64,000 nt of DNA. Origin: Polyangiales bacterium. GTDB lineage: Bacteria; Myxococcota_A; Polyangia; Polyangiales; Polyangiaceae. Below the pieces are notes generated by a model. That model was not told the origin of the DNA, did no database searches, and saw nothing but the letters and a program-made list of their open reading frames with translations. The stretch spans positions 1 through 64,000 of the forward strand of contig JBBRLQ010000022.1 in assembly GCA_038231275.1 (NCBI GenBank), written 5' to 3'. Positions 49,548-59,303 of this stretch are shown here, in pieces. How positions within the stretch are numbered: position 1 is the first letter of the stretch; every line of letters begins with the position of its first letter. Both the position numbers and the translations under genes were made by a program.

Positions 49548-50530
49548 GGCGCCTCCTCCGGGAAGTAGTCGGCGAGGCTGAAATACCGCTCTCCGGTGTC
49601 GCACATGACCGTCACGACGTGCTTGCCCGGCCCGAGCTCTCGCGCGACGTCGTCGGCGACGAACGCGGCGGCGCCGGCGCTGATCCCGACGAGGAGCCCG
49701 CTCTCACGCGCGAGGGCCAGCTTCGCCTTCCACGCGTCCGCGTCGGACACGGTTCGCACCTCGTCGACGACATCCGCATGATAGTTCTTCGGCACGAAGC
49801 CGGCGGCGAGTCCCTGGATTTTGGTGGGTCCGCGCTCTCCGCGCGAGATCGTCGCGCACGCTTCCGGCTCGACGGCCACGATGCGGGGACCACCGCGCGT
49901 CGCGGGTCCGAGCTCCGCGCGCAGCGCCTTGCCGACGCCGCTGATCGTCCCGCCGGTCCCTACGCCGGCGACGAACGCGTCGATCGACAGATCGCGCATC
50001 GCGTGGAGGATTTCGCGCGCGGTGGTCTTCGCGTGCACCTCGGGGTTGGCGGGGTTGCCGAACTGATCGGGCAAGAACGCGCCAGGCGTCACCTCCCCAA
50101 GCGCGCGCGCCGCGCGGATCGCCCCTTCCATCTGCTCTTCGGCCGGCGTCAGCACGATCTTCGCGCCGTAGGACTCGAGGAGCTGGCGGCGCTCGAGGCT
50201 CATGCTCTCGGGCATCGTCAGGATGCACGTGTACCCCTTCACGGCGCACACGAGCGCGAGCCCGATGCCGGTGTTGCCACTCGTCGGCTCGATGACGACG
50301 CCGCCCGCTTGGAGGCGTCCGCTCTTCTCCGCCTTCTCGATCATCGCGAGGCAGATGCGATCCTTCAGCGAGCCGCCGGGGTTCAAGTGCTCGAGCTTCG
50401 CCCACACCGTCGCGCGTGGCGCCACGGCGGCGTCCCGCGCGGGCGCGAGACGAACGAGCGGCGTCTGCCCGACGAGATCGAGCATCGACTCGGCGATGAG
50501 GAGCGGCCTCGGCGTCGGTGCGGCGCTCAT
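49544..50530 (-). CDS. cysK: Cysteine synthase A (O-acetylserine sulfhydrylase)
   Basis: VGQTPLV, NPGGSLKDR, EPTSGNTGIGLA, MPESMSLERR, QFGNPANP, GVGTGGT, KIQGLAAGFVP, DTGERY. Confidence 0.93.
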   Translation of the reverse strand: MSAAPTPRPLLIAESMLDLVGQTPLVRLAPARDAAVAPRATVWAKLEHLNPGGSLKDRICLAMIEKAEKSGRLQAGGVVIEPTSGNTGIGLALVCAVKGYTCILTMPESMSLERRQLLESYGAKIVLTPAEEQMEGAIRAARALGEVTPGAFLPDQFGNPANPEVHAKTTAREILHAMRDLSIDAFVAGVGTGGTISGVGKALRAELGPATRGGPRIVAVEPEACATISRGERGPTKIQGLAAGFVPKNYHADVVDEVRTVSDADAWKAKLALARESGLLVGISAGAAAFVADDVARELGPGKHVVTVMCDTGERYFSLADYFPEEAP

Positions 50531-50532
50531 GA

Positions 50533-50985
50533 TCAGATCACGTAGACGCTCGGCGAGCGCGCTCCGCGGACGATCCCGGCTTGCTCCGCGCGCGCGCACA
50601 CGTCCGCGAGCGTCAACTTCGAGGAGCAGGCCTCCATGTCGTGGGTGAGATCGTCGAGGATCTGATCGCACAGCTCGCGCAGCTCGGGCGGAGCGGCCGC
50701 GCCCTTTCGCGAGGCCTTCGGCGTGGCCCCCTCGGTCGCCTTCAGCACGTCGCCCACCCGGATCTCCGCCGGCGCGCGCGTGAGCTGGTAGCCCCCTCGC
50801 GGGCCGCGCTTCGATGCGACGAGCCCCTCGCGCCGGAGGTCCTGGAAAATCTGCTCCAAGAAGCGCAGCGGGATGCGCTGCCGACGCGCGACGTCCTTGA
50901 TTTGCGCCGGGACGGCGGCGCCGTGGAAGGCGAGATCGCTCAGCGCCCGAACGGCGTAGCGACCCTTGCTGGAGACGCGGATCAT
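50533..50985 (-). CDS. Rrf2-family transcriptional regulator (CymR-like)
   Basis: SSKGRYAVRAL.DLA, FLEQIF..L...GLVASKRGPRGGYQL; lacks the IscR-type Cys triad; heads the cys operon. Confidence 0.92.
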   Translation of the reverse strand: MIRVSSKGRYAVRALSDLAFHGAAVPAQIKDVARRQRIPLRFLEQIFQDLRREGLVASKRGPRGGYQLTRAPAEIRVGDVLKATEGATPKASRKGAAAPPELRELCDQILDDLTHDMEACSSKLTLADVCARAEQAGIVRGARSPSVYVI

Positions 50986-51001
50986 GGTGTCGACCTGAGG
51001 A

Positions 51002-51029
51002 TTTCTAATTGTTGCATAGGAATTGTCAA
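51002..51029 (-). promoter_or_regulatory. Putative sigma70 promoter / Rrf2 operator for the cys operon
   Basis: Minus strand TTGACA-N16-TAGAAA in an AT-rich island, with ACAATT repeated twice. Confidence 0.5.
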
Positions 51030-51069
51030 GAATCATTGGGCCTGCCAAAAGTGCTACTGTTTCGGCCCA

Positions 51070-52068
51070 ATGCTGGGCTCCGACGAGGCGCGCGACCTCC
51101 ACGATCGTTTCCCCGCGATCGATCTTCACGCCGACACCCTCATGTGGACGCGGTGGCTCGGCTACGACCTTCACGCGCGCCACTCGCCGCCGCTTCCCTT
51201 CGCGGCGCTCGGCGGGCACGTCGATCTTCCGCGGATGCGCGACGGCGGGATGGGTGCGCAGTTCTTCGGGCTCGTGTCGCTGCCGATCGTCGATCGCGCG
51301 CGCGGCTCGGCGGCGGTGGTCGACGCGCAGATCGACGCCCTCGACGAGACGATCGCGCGTCGCCCGGGCCTTCGCCTGGTGAAGAGCGCCGCGGAGGTCG
51401 AGGCCTGCCGGGCGAACGGCGAGCTCGGCGCGCTCCTCGGCATCGAGGGTGCCCATGCGCTCGAGGGGAGCCTCGACCAGCTCACGCATTTCGCGCGGAG
51501 GGGCGTCCGCTACCTCGGCATTTTGCACTTCAGCGCGAACGAAGCGGGCGCGCCTGCCTACGGCCGCGGCCGCGACGACACCGCCGGCCTCTCGCGCTGG
51601 GGCCACGAGCTCGTCCGGCGGTGCGAGAGCGAAGGCGTGCTCGTGGATTTGGCGCACATCAACAAGCGCGGCTTCCTCGACGCGTGCGCCGTGGCCACGA
51701 AGCCGCCGATCGTGAGCCACACCGGCATCCTCGGCGCCTTCGATCACTGGCGGAACATCGACGACGAGCAGCTGCGCGCGGTGGCCGATCGCGGCGGGTG
51801 CGTCGGCGTCATCTTCTGCCCGCGCTTCGTGGGCGGCGACGGCCTCGAGCCGGTCGTGCGTCACCTGAAGCACGTACTCGACGTCGTCGGCGAGGACGTG
51901 CCGGCGCTGGGGAGCGACTGGGACGGCTTCATCATTCCCACGCGGCCGCTGAAGGATCCGACGGGCCTCCCACTCCTCACCGACGCGCTCCTCGCCGCCG
52001 GTGTCTCGTCGCGCGCGATCGGCAAGATCCTCCGCGGCAACGTGATGCGCGTGCTCGCGGAGGCCTGA
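51070..52068 (+). CDS. Membrane (renal-type) dipeptidase, peptidase family M19
   Basis: IDLHADT, GHVDLPRM, GIEGAH, VDLAH, SHTG, RNIDD, LGSDWDG. Confidence 0.92.
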   Translation: MLGSDEARDLHDRFPAIDLHADTLMWTRWLGYDLHARHSPPLPFAALGGHVDLPRMRDGGMGAQFFGLVSLPIVDRARGSAAVVDAQIDALDETIARRPGLRLVKSAAEVEACRANGELGALLGIEGAHALEGSLDQLTHFARRGVRYLGILHFSANEAGAPAYGRGRDDTAGLSRWGHELVRRCESEGVLVDLAHINKRGFLDACAVATKPPIVSHTGILGAFDHWRNIDDEQLRAVADRGGCVGVIFCPRFVGGDGLEPVVRHLKHVLDVVGEDVPALGSDWDGFIIPTRPLKDPTGLPLLTDALLAAGVSSRAIGKILRGNVMRVLAEA

Positions 52069-52075
52069 GCGGGCC

Positions 52076-52741
52076 TCAGGTGACCTCGACGTGCTCGACG
52101 TCGAGGCCGCTGCGGGCGAGGCGCTCGCTGATCCGTGCTTTCCATTCTTCGCGATCGGCGCCGGCGGGGGCGTCGATTTCGACGCGTACGCGGCCTCCGT
52201 CGGCGTGGACCAGCACCGTCGCGCCCGCGAGCGCTCCCGAGCCGAGCTCCATCCGCACCGACCCGCGCCGACCGTCTCCCGCCCACGCGATGCGCCTCAC
52301 GAGCGCCGGCAAGAGATGCTCGAGCGACGCCCGCGCGTGAACCTCGGGCGCCGAAGCGGCAGGGAGGATCGCGACGCCCGCGACCTGGGGCGGCGCGAGC
52401 TGAGCGAGGTGACGCGCCGTGGGATCGAGCGGCTCGTCGTGGTGCGCCCGTCGGCGATGCGTCTCCTCGGAATGCGCCGGCGGCCTCGGCCTCGTTGACT
52501 CCCGCCCATCGCCGCGCGGAGAGGCGCGATGAGCCGCGTTGGCCGTCGCATGGGCAGCCATCGCGGGCGGCCCCTCGGTACGCCCTTTCGGTCCTGACTT
52601 CGACGTCGCCGCGGGACCACGAGGTCTGATCAGGAGGTTGCGAAAAGGAACCGCCGGTCCGCCGTGCGCCGCGCTTGGCGTCGCCGCGGACCCCTTCGGA
52701 GTGGCAGGAACGCGCGAGGGGGTCGCTGGCGAGGTCGTCAT
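52076..52741 (-). CDS. Hypothetical protein with FliK/SctP-like C-terminal domain
   Basis: Low-complexity N-terminus; C-terminal VRMELGSGALAGATVLVHADGGRVRVEI...L...GLDVEHVEV. Start uncertain. Confidence 0.45.
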   Translation of the reverse strand: MTTSPATPSRVPATPKGSAATPSAAHGGPAVPFRNLLIRPRGPAATSKSGPKGRTEGPPAMAAHATANAAHRASPRGDGRESTRPRPPAHSEETHRRRAHHDEPLDPTARHLAQLAPPQVAGVAILPAASAPEVHARASLEHLLPALVRRIAWAGDGRRGSVRMELGSGALAGATVLVHADGGRVRVEIDAPAGADREEWKARISERLARSGLDVEHVEVT

Positions 52742-52871
52742 GCTCCCCCATCGGCACGACCGGCGTTTCGTTGCTCGAAATCCAACCGGCTTGACCCCAG
52801 GGCGCGCTGGGATACCGTGAAGGGGTGCGAGGAGTCGCTCTCCCACATCGGGGGACATCGGAACTGGATTG

Positions 52872-54194
52872 ATGGGGAGTCCAGACGTGCCACTGCAAGC
52901 GTGGACGGTCGCCGCGGCGATCTCCGTCGCTCTCCTTGGTTCCCTCTTCGCGGCGGGGGACGCGGCGCTGACGTCCCTGCCGGAGGGGCGCCTGCAGGCG
53001 CTCACGGAGCTCGGTGGGACCACCGGGGCGGCCTACTCGCGCTACGCGAAGGATCGAGCGCGCGTCTTGTCACGCTGGCTGGTCGGGCGCGTCATCGCCA
53101 TCAGCCTCACGGCGGCACTCCTCGCCGATTTTGCCGATCACGCGTTCTCCGCCCGCGTCGGGCCGCTCGTCGCCATGCTCGGCGCGGTCGTCACCTACGG
53201 AACGTTCGCCGAGGTCCTCGGGACCCTCGCGCGGCGACGCCCCGAGCAGCTCGGCACGCTGGCGCTCCGTTTCCTTCTGCCGCTCGAGTGGGCGGTCGTC
53301 CCGCTCGCCGAGCCGCTCGCCTTCTTGGGGCGCTTCATCAGCTCGCGCCTGCCGGAAGAGTCACCGCGCGACGCCGCGCGCCTCACGGAGACGGAGGTGG
53401 AGTGGGTCGTCGCCGAGGGCGAGAAGAGCGGCGCGCTCGCGGAGGAGCCGGCGGAGATGATCCGCAACGTGCTCGACTTCAAGGACCTCACGGCGCGCGG
53501 CGTCATGGTCCCGCGCCGCAAGCTCAGCGGGATCGAGCTGTCGACGAGGCTCGACAAGGTCGTCGAGCTCGTGTCGACCGAGAAGCACTCGCGCTACCCT
53601 GTCTACCGCGAGACCCTCGACAACATCGTGGGCCTCCTCTACGCGAAAGATCTCTTCGCCGTGGTGCGCGACGGCGAGATCGACAAGAAGACCCTCGGCG
53701 ATCTCATCCGCGCGCCGGTGCTCTTCGTCGCCGAGTCGCAGCCGGCGGCGAGCGTGCTGCGCGAGATGCGCGCGCGGCGCCTGCACATGGCGGTCGTCTC
53801 CGACGAATTCGGAGGGACGGGCGGCCTCGTCACGGTCGAGGACATCATCGAAGAGATCGTCGGCGAGATCCACGACGAGTACGACATGGAGAGCGAGCCG
53901 CTCATCGAGGATCTCGGCGGCGGCAAGTTCATCTGCGACGCGGCGATCCCGCTGGCCGATCTCGCGGTGCGTCTCGGGCGCGAGCTGCCGAGCGACGGCG
54001 ATTTCGAGTCGCTGGGCGGCCTCCTCGTCCACCAGGCGGGGCGCGTGCCGCCGGTGGGAACGAGCTTCATCTTGAGCGGCTTCAAGCTCACGGTGCGCGA
54101 GGCGGACGAAACGCGCGTGGTGAGGGTCGACATCGAACCGGCGCCGGAGGTCGAGCCCGCGACGACGACGGGCGACACCCAGGCGGCTTCGTGA
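52872..54194 (+). CDS. Hemolysin-family CNNM/CBS/CorC protein (Mg/Co homeostasis)
   Basis: N-terminal TMs; VMVPR, HSRYPVY, HMAVVSDEFGGTGGLVTVEDIIEEIVGEIHDEYD; CorC C-terminal domain (SLGG). Confidence 0.92.
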   Translation: MGSPDVPLQAWTVAAAISVALLGSLFAAGDAALTSLPEGRLQALTELGGTTGAAYSRYAKDRARVLSRWLVGRVIAISLTAALLADFADHAFSARVGPLVAMLGAVVTYGTFAEVLGTLARRRPEQLGTLALRFLLPLEWAVVPLAEPLAFLGRFISSRLPEESPRDAARLTETEVEWVVAEGEKSGALAEEPAEMIRNVLDFKDLTARGVMVPRRKLSGIELSTRLDKVVELVSTEKHSRYPVYRETLDNIVGLLYAKDLFAVVRDGEIDKKTLGDLIRAPVLFVAESQPAASVLREMRARRLHMAVVSDEFGGTGGLVTVEDIIEEIVGEIHDEYDMESEPLIEDLGGGKFICDAAIPLADLAVRLGRELPSDGDFESLGGLLVHQAGRVPPVGTSFILSGFKLTVREADETRVVRVDIEPAPEVEPATTTGDTQAAS

Positions 54195-54607
54195 CGCCGC
54201 CGCGCGCGCTGCGCCTCGTCTGCACGCTCGCGGGCGCCCGCGCCAAGTCTCCTCTTCTTCCTCCGCCTCCTCCCTTCGGCCTCGCCGCGTACGTCGACGA
54301 CGATGGCGCCGACATCGCCGTGCTGCTCGACCTCGACGCGGAGGCCTCGGAGCGCGCGCAGGTCGAGGTCGCCGCCGCGCAGATCCCGGCCGCCGACGAC
54401 CAGCCCGCCGGGCGACGCGTCTTCGTCCTCGCCGCGCGCGCGAACGTCGGCGGCTTTTTTGCGCGAATCTTCGCCCGAGGACGCGGGCACGTGACCCCCG
54501 CGGTTCGCGCCACCGCGCTCCTGGCGCGCGGCTACGTGAACCTCGGCTCCGACGACTCCGGCGCGCTCAAGACCGTCTGGGGCGAAGCTACTCCGTCACC
54601 TTCTTGA
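54191..54607 (+). CDS. Hypothetical protein
   Basis: GTG overlaps the upstream stop; 138 aa ending ATALLARGYVNLG...VWG. Confidence 0.55.
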   Translation: MTPPRALRLVCTLAGARAKSPLLPPPPPFGLAAYVDDDGADIAVLLDLDAEASERAQVEVAAAQIPAADDQPAGRRVFVLAARANVGGFFARIFARGRGHVTPAVRATALLARGYVNLGSDDSGALKTVWGEATPSPS

Positions 54608-55772
54608 GCGCGCTCGCGAGCGTATCGGCGCGCTCGACGAGCCCGGGCTTGGTGTCCTGCACGATGTCCCCCGGCGCCTGCTTCTCGCCTTGGATCTCGC
54701 GGAGGATGCCGGCCAGCGCGGCGCCGAGCTGTGCGATCTGCCCCTGCGTCTCGCTGGGGCACACCTTGTTGAACGAGCTCGGCGTGACCGCGAAGCCTGC
54801 GCCCTTGCCGAGATCGCCGCCGTTGTACTTGTCGATCTTGCCGTTGCCGCTCCCGCCCGGATCGGCGAAGACGAACTCCTTCGGCAGCGCGACCTGATCG
54901 CCCTGGATCTTGATCGGATCCTTCAAGGCCGCGAGGATCGCGCTCCCGTCCTTGGTCGCGACGACCATCAAGTTGATGGAGACCGACTGCCCGGCGAGCT
55001 GCTCGCTGATCGGCTTCTGCAGCTTCGTGAGCTGGTTCTGGAGGAAGAGCTTGCGATCGTTGAGCGACTGCACGCTCGTCACGAAGTCGACGAGCTCCTG
55101 TGTGGTCGACGACGGGAAGCCGCTGAAGCGACGCCCGGCGAGCTGCGACCCGTCGAAGTCGACGTTGATGCCGCCCAGATCCTTGATGAGGTCCGTCGGG
55201 TATTTGTGATCGCGCATGAGCTGGTTCTTGCCCGCTTCGACCTTGTCGCCGAGCAGCTTGATCTTGCCGCGGGCCTCGTCGACCTTCCCGGCTAACTCCG
55301 TCGCGTCGCCTTTGCTCTTGCCGCGCGCCGCGCTCTTCTCGCTCGCGCCGCCGGCGACGTAGCCGATCGCGACCCCCATCGCGCCGACGAGCAGCGCGAC
55401 GACGAAGCCCATCCGTCGGGCACCGCGTCGTGCCTCGTGGACCGCTCCCTCGTCGACTTCGATGCGCTGCGCCTGGGGCGGCGGCGCGGCGGCCGCGGGG
55501 GCCCGGTACGGCGTGGCGACGGCGGCGAGCGGGTTCGAGGGATCGATGTCGCGCGACGACGAGCCGCCCCCCCCGCCGAACGGCGGAGGTCCGACCGGAA
55601 CGCCCGGAGGCACCGGCAAGGCCCCGCCCGGCATGGGCGTGGGAGGAGGCAGGGCGACGCCGCCCGACGAGCCTGCGGGCGGAACAGGGATCCCCGCAGG
55701 CACTTGCGCCCCGACCTGCGTCTTTCCCAACCGCGCCTTCAGGTCAATCTTCGGCTTTTTCTCGTCGGCCAT
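54588..55772 (-). CDS. Hypothetical bitopic membrane protein (Pro-rich cytoplasmic N-terminus, periplasmic coiled coil)
   Basis: MADEKKPKIDLKARLG; Pro-rich stretch; one TM; AGGAG RBS; strong GC3 bias. Confidence 0.75.
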   Translation of the reverse strand: MADEKKPKIDLKARLGKTQVGAQVPAGIPVPPAGSSGGVALPPPTPMPGGALPVPPGVPVGPPPFGGGGGSSSRDIDPSNPLAAVATPYRAPAAAAPPPQAQRIEVDEGAVHEARRGARRMGFVVALLVGAMGVAIGYVAGGASEKSAARGKSKGDATELAGKVDEARGKIKLLGDKVEAGKNQLMRDHKYPTDLIKDLGGINVDFDGSQLAGRRFSGFPSSTTQELVDFVTSVQSLNDRKLFLQNQLTKLQKPISEQLAGQSVSINLMVVATKDGSAILAALKDPIKIQGDQVALPKEFVFADPGGSGNGKIDKYNGGDLGKGAGFAVTPSSFNKVCPSETQGQIAQLGAALAGILREIQGEKQAPGDIVQDTKPGLVERADTLASALKKVTE

Positions 55773-55951
55773 GCGTCTCCTCACGCGCGCGCGCGCCGCG
55801 CTCGCCGCGACGTTAGTTTCTCGGGCCCCGCCCTGTCAACGTCACGACGCCGCTATGGAAAACGCAGGGGGCCTTCCCGTCTTGGGCCCGCTGATTGTTG
55901 GACCTCCGCACCTACATATCCTTACACTCACAGGATCGGAGGGCGCAACGC

Positions 55952-56269
55952 ATGGACCGTCGAACGATGCCTCGTGCAAGCCTTGGAACGATCCTTCTCA
56001 ACAAGTACATCGACGGCTTCCCTCACCTGGTAAAGCTCGTCGACGTCTCTGCGAGCGGCATGCTCGTCCGGCGCTACTCGGAGCCGGAGCTGCGCCGCGA
56101 TTTCTACGCGGTCGAGCTCGGTGTCCCCGGGCGGACGGAGCGGATGTGGCTATGGACGCGGCACGTATGGAAGTCCGGAGATCTGCAGGCGCTCCGGTTC
56201 ACGGGCATCGATCCGATGGACCGCGCGCGGCTGAAGAAGATGGTCGCCGAAGTGCGTCGCGCCGCCTGA
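55952..56269 (+). CDS. Stand-alone PilZ-domain protein
   Basis: DRRTMPR (RxxxR) and DVSASG (DxSxxG) c-di-GMP-binding motifs; ALRF. Confidence 0.82.
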   Translation: MDRRTMPRASLGTILLNKYIDGFPHLVKLVDVSASGMLVRRYSEPELRRDFYAVELGVPGRTERMWLWTRHVWKSGDLQALRFTGIDPMDRARLKKMVAEVRRAA

Positions 56270-56760
56270 TCGCACGATCGCGCCTGACGTTCTTGCTGGT
56301 CGCCGCGATGTTCGCGGCGGCCGCGTGCTCGAAGGACCCGGCGCGCGAAGAGGCGCTTCGGATCGAGCGCGATCAGGTCTCGCTGCGCGCGGTCTTGGAC
56401 GCAGAAGGGCGCGTGCAGAAGGCGTTCGACGAAGAGGGGCGCGCCGAGAAGGCCCACCGCGATGACGAGGCGGCGGGGCTGCTCGAGACGCGTGTGATTC
56501 CCGCGATCGACGCGACGCTCGCGCTGGCGCGCGCGGCGACCCCCGAGTCCGCGTGGGGACGCGCGCGGCGTGACGAGGTGGTCACGGCGCTGCTCGATCG
56601 AAAGGAGGAGCTGCCGCGCTACGCGAGGACGCTCCGCGATCACGATCAAGAGGCCCAGCTCGAGAGCGCGCTCAAGCAGGCCGAGATCGAGAAGCGCGTG
56701 CTCAAGGCGACGCACGCCATCGCCGACGGGCCTTCGGGCGACGCAGGGAAGCCGCTGTAA
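56266..56760 (+). CDS. Helical lipoprotein, hypothetical
   Basis: Lipobox AAAC-SK; start uncertain (CTG 56266 overlapping the PilZ stop). Confidence 0.6.
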   Translation: MIARSRLTFLLVAAMFAAAACSKDPAREEALRIERDQVSLRAVLDAEGRVQKAFDEEGRAEKAHRDDEAAGLLETRVIPAIDATLALARAATPESAWGRARRDEVVTALLDRKEELPRYARTLRDHDQEAQLESALKQAEIEKRVLKATHAIADGPSGDAGKPL

Positions 56761-56793
56761 GCATCACGGCCGCCGTGTAGACTCGCAAAAGGC

Positions 56794-57393
56794 ATGGCGG
56801 CGCGCGTCCTCGTCATCGACAACTACGACTCGTTCACCTTCAACCTGGTGCAGTACCTGGGCGAGCTGGGCGCGGAGACGCGCGTGGTGAAAAACGATGC
56901 GATCGATGTGCCGGGCATCCTCGCCGACGCGCCGAGCGGTGTCCTCGTGTCCCCGGGTCCCTGCACGCCGAACGAGGCGGGGATTTCGCTCGCGTGCGTG
57001 ACCGAGGTCGCCGGAAAGATCCCGATCTTGGGGGTTTGCCTCGGGCACCAGGCGATCGGGCAGGCGTTCGGCGGGAAGGTGATCCGCGCGGGCCGCCTGA
57101 TGCACGGGAAGACGTCGCCGATCGAGCACGACGGACGGACGATCTTCCGTGGCCTCCCCGCGCCGTTCGAAGCGACGCGCTACCACTCGTTGCTGGTGGA
57201 ACGCTCGACGGTGCCGGACGCGCTCGAGATCAGCGCGTGGACGGCGGAGGGAGAGATCATGGGGCTCCGCCACAAGACGCTCGCCGTCGAGGGCGTGCAG
57301 TTTCATCCCGAGAGCGTGCTCACGCCGGCAGGAAAGCAGCTCATCGCGAACTGGCTGGGAGCGCTCGGACAGGCCGGAGGCGCGGCCGCGTGA
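56794..57393 (+). CDS. trpG: Anthranilate/aminodeoxychorismate synthase component II
   Basis: [35 protein letters not shown]. Confidence 0.95.
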   Translation: MAARVLVIDNYDSFTFNLVQYLGELGAETRVVKNDAIDVPGILADAPSGVLVSPGPCTPNEAGISLACVTEVAGKIPILGVCLGHQAIGQAFGGKVIRAGRLMHGKTSPIEHDGRTIFRGLPAPFEATRYHSLLVERSTVPDALEISAWTAEGEIMGLRHKTLAVEGVQFHPESVLTPAGKQLIANWLGALGQAGGAAA

Positions 57394-58424
57394 GCGCCGA
57401 CTTCCCTGCCCTCTTCGCAAGAATCGAGGCGCGCGAGCCGACCCCCGATGACGTGCGCGCCGCGTTCGAGGCGATCCTCGCCGGCGCGTGGACGCCGGTG
57501 CAGACCGCTGCGTTCGCGATCGCGCTTCGCCTGCGTGGTGAGACGAACGACGTGATCGTCGCGGCGGCCGAGGTGTTGCGCGCGAAGATGACCGCGCTCG
57601 ATCATGGACTGCCGAAGGTGGTCGACACGTGCGGCACCGGCGGCGACGGCGCGCGGACGATCAACATCTCGACGGCGGCCGCGGTCATCGTGGCGGCGTG
57701 CGGGCTGCCGGTGGCGAAGCACGGCAACCGGTCGGTCTCCAGCCAGTGCGGCAGCGCCGACGTGATCGAGGCCCTCGGGGTGCCGGTCACGCTGCCCCTC
57801 GCCGGCGCGCTTGCGGTGCTCCGCGAGTCGGGGATGGTCTTCCTGATGGCTCCCGCGCACCACCCGGCGCTGGCGCACGCGGCGCAGGCGCGGCGTGAGC
57901 TCGGCGTCCGCACGATCTTCAACGCGCTCGGCCCGCTCGCGAATCCGGCGCGAGCCACCCACCAGCTCGTCGGCGTCTACGAGGACCGGCTCCGCCCCAT
58001 CCTCGCGCACGCGCTCGGCAAGCTCGGCGTCACGCGCGCGTGGGTCGTACGCGGCGAGGACGGGCTCGACGAGGTGAGCCCGTGCGGTCCGACTCGCGTG
58101 AGCGAGCTCGCTGGTGGGCAGGTGCGCGAGCGCGTCGTGACGCCGGAGGAGTTCGGCATCGCTCGCGCCGGCATAGAGGCCGTCGCGGGAGGAGACGCGC
58201 GCACGAACGCCGACGCGATCGAGCAAATTCTCCGGGGTGCCGCGCACCGTGCGACCGACGCCGTCGTCCTGAACGCGGCCGCCGTCTTGGTCGCCATCGG
58301 CGAGGAAGAGAACCCCCTCGATGCCACGGCGCGCGTCCGAGCTACGCTCCGCGAAGGCGCGGCCGGGCGGACCCTCGACGCCTGGCGGACCGCGAGCCAG
58401 CGCTACGCGACGCCCGCGCGATGA
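57390..58424 (+). CDS. trpD: Anthranilate phosphoribosyltransferase
   Basis: [48 protein letters not shown]. Confidence 0.95.
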   Translation: MSADFPALFARIEAREPTPDDVRAAFEAILAGAWTPVQTAAFAIALRLRGETNDVIVAAAEVLRAKMTALDHGLPKVVDTCGTGGDGARTINISTAAAVIVAACGLPVAKHGNRSVSSQCGSADVIEALGVPVTLPLAGALAVLRESGMVFLMAPAHHPALAHAAQARRELGVRTIFNALGPLANPARATHQLVGVYEDRLRPILAHALGKLGVTRAWVVRGEDGLDEVSPCGPTRVSELAGGQVRERVVTPEEFGIARAGIEAVAGGDARTNADAIEQILRGAAHRATDAVVLNAAAVLVAIGEEENPLDATARVRATLREGAAGRTLDAWRTASQRYATPAR

Positions 58425-59224
58425 GCCTGCTCGACGACATCCTCGCGTCCAAGCGCCGCGAGATCGCGGTACTGCGCGAAGGGCGCGTAGAAGAGGTCGC
58501 GCAGGCATCGCTCCGCACACCGCTCGACGTGGTGCGTGCGCTGGCGCGACCTGCCGGGGCGCCCCTTCGTCTCGTCGCGGAAGTGAAGCTCCGGAGCCCC
58601 AGCGCGGGCGCGCTGTCGCGGGCGATGAATCCGCCGACGCGCGCGGCCGCGTACGCCGAGGCGGGCGCGACGATGATCAGCGTGCTCTGCGACGGTCCGT
58701 TCTTCGAGGGCTCGTTCGACGATCTGTCGCGTGCGCGGGCACGCCTCGACGCGGGGGGCTTCTCCGTGCCGCTCCTCGCCAAGGAGTTCGTGCTCGACGG
58801 CGCGCAGGTCGCGCGCGCGCACGCCTCCGGCGCGGACGCGGTGCTCTTGATCGCGCGCATCGTGACGGCCGACGAGCTGACCGATCTCGCGCGCGACTGC
58901 CGTGCACGCGGGATGGAGCCGCTCGTCGAGGTCACCGACGAGGCGGAGCTCGCCCGCGCGCTCGCGGCGGAGGCGCGCGTCGTCGGAGTGAACGCGCGCG
59001 ATCTCGACACCCTCACGATCGACAAAGCCCGCGCGGCGCGGGTCCTCGCGGCCGTTCCATCGGGGGTGGTCGCCGTGCATTTGTCGGGGCTCGGGACGCC
59101 GGAGGCCATCGGCGCGGTGGCCGCGAGCAGGTCCGATGCGGCCCTCGTCGGGGAGGCGCTCATGCGCCAGGACGATCCGCGCGAGCTCCTCGCCGCGATG
59201 GTGCGTGCCGCCGCGGGCGGTTGA
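58421..59224 (+). CDS. trpC: Indole-3-glycerol phosphate synthase
   Basis: AEVKLRSPSAG, ISVL, FEGS, LLAKEF, GADAVLLI, LVEV, GVNARDL, LVGEALM. Confidence 0.92.
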   Translation: MSLLDDILASKRREIAVLREGRVEEVAQASLRTPLDVVRALARPAGAPLRLVAEVKLRSPSAGALSRAMNPPTRAAAYAEAGATMISVLCDGPFFEGSFDDLSRARARLDAGGFSVPLLAKEFVLDGAQVARAHASGADAVLLIARIVTADELTDLARDCRARGMEPLVEVTDEAELARALAAEARVVGVNARDLDTLTIDKARAARVLAAVPSGVVAVHLSGLGTPEAIGAVAASRSDAALVGEALMRQDDPRELLAAMVRAAAGG

Positions 59225-59303
59225 CGAGTGCAGCGAAGCGCAGCGGAGCGAAACGCTCCTTGAGCGCGAAGTGGGCCGCCGGCCCGCGGGCGGGTAGATT
59301 CAC

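Noticed and set aside
59230..59295. GCGAAGCGCAGCGGAGCG / GGAGCG-AAA-CGCTCC hairpin as a REP element or terminator after trpC
   Set aside because: Single copy in the window, short stem, no U-tract; cannot be supported.
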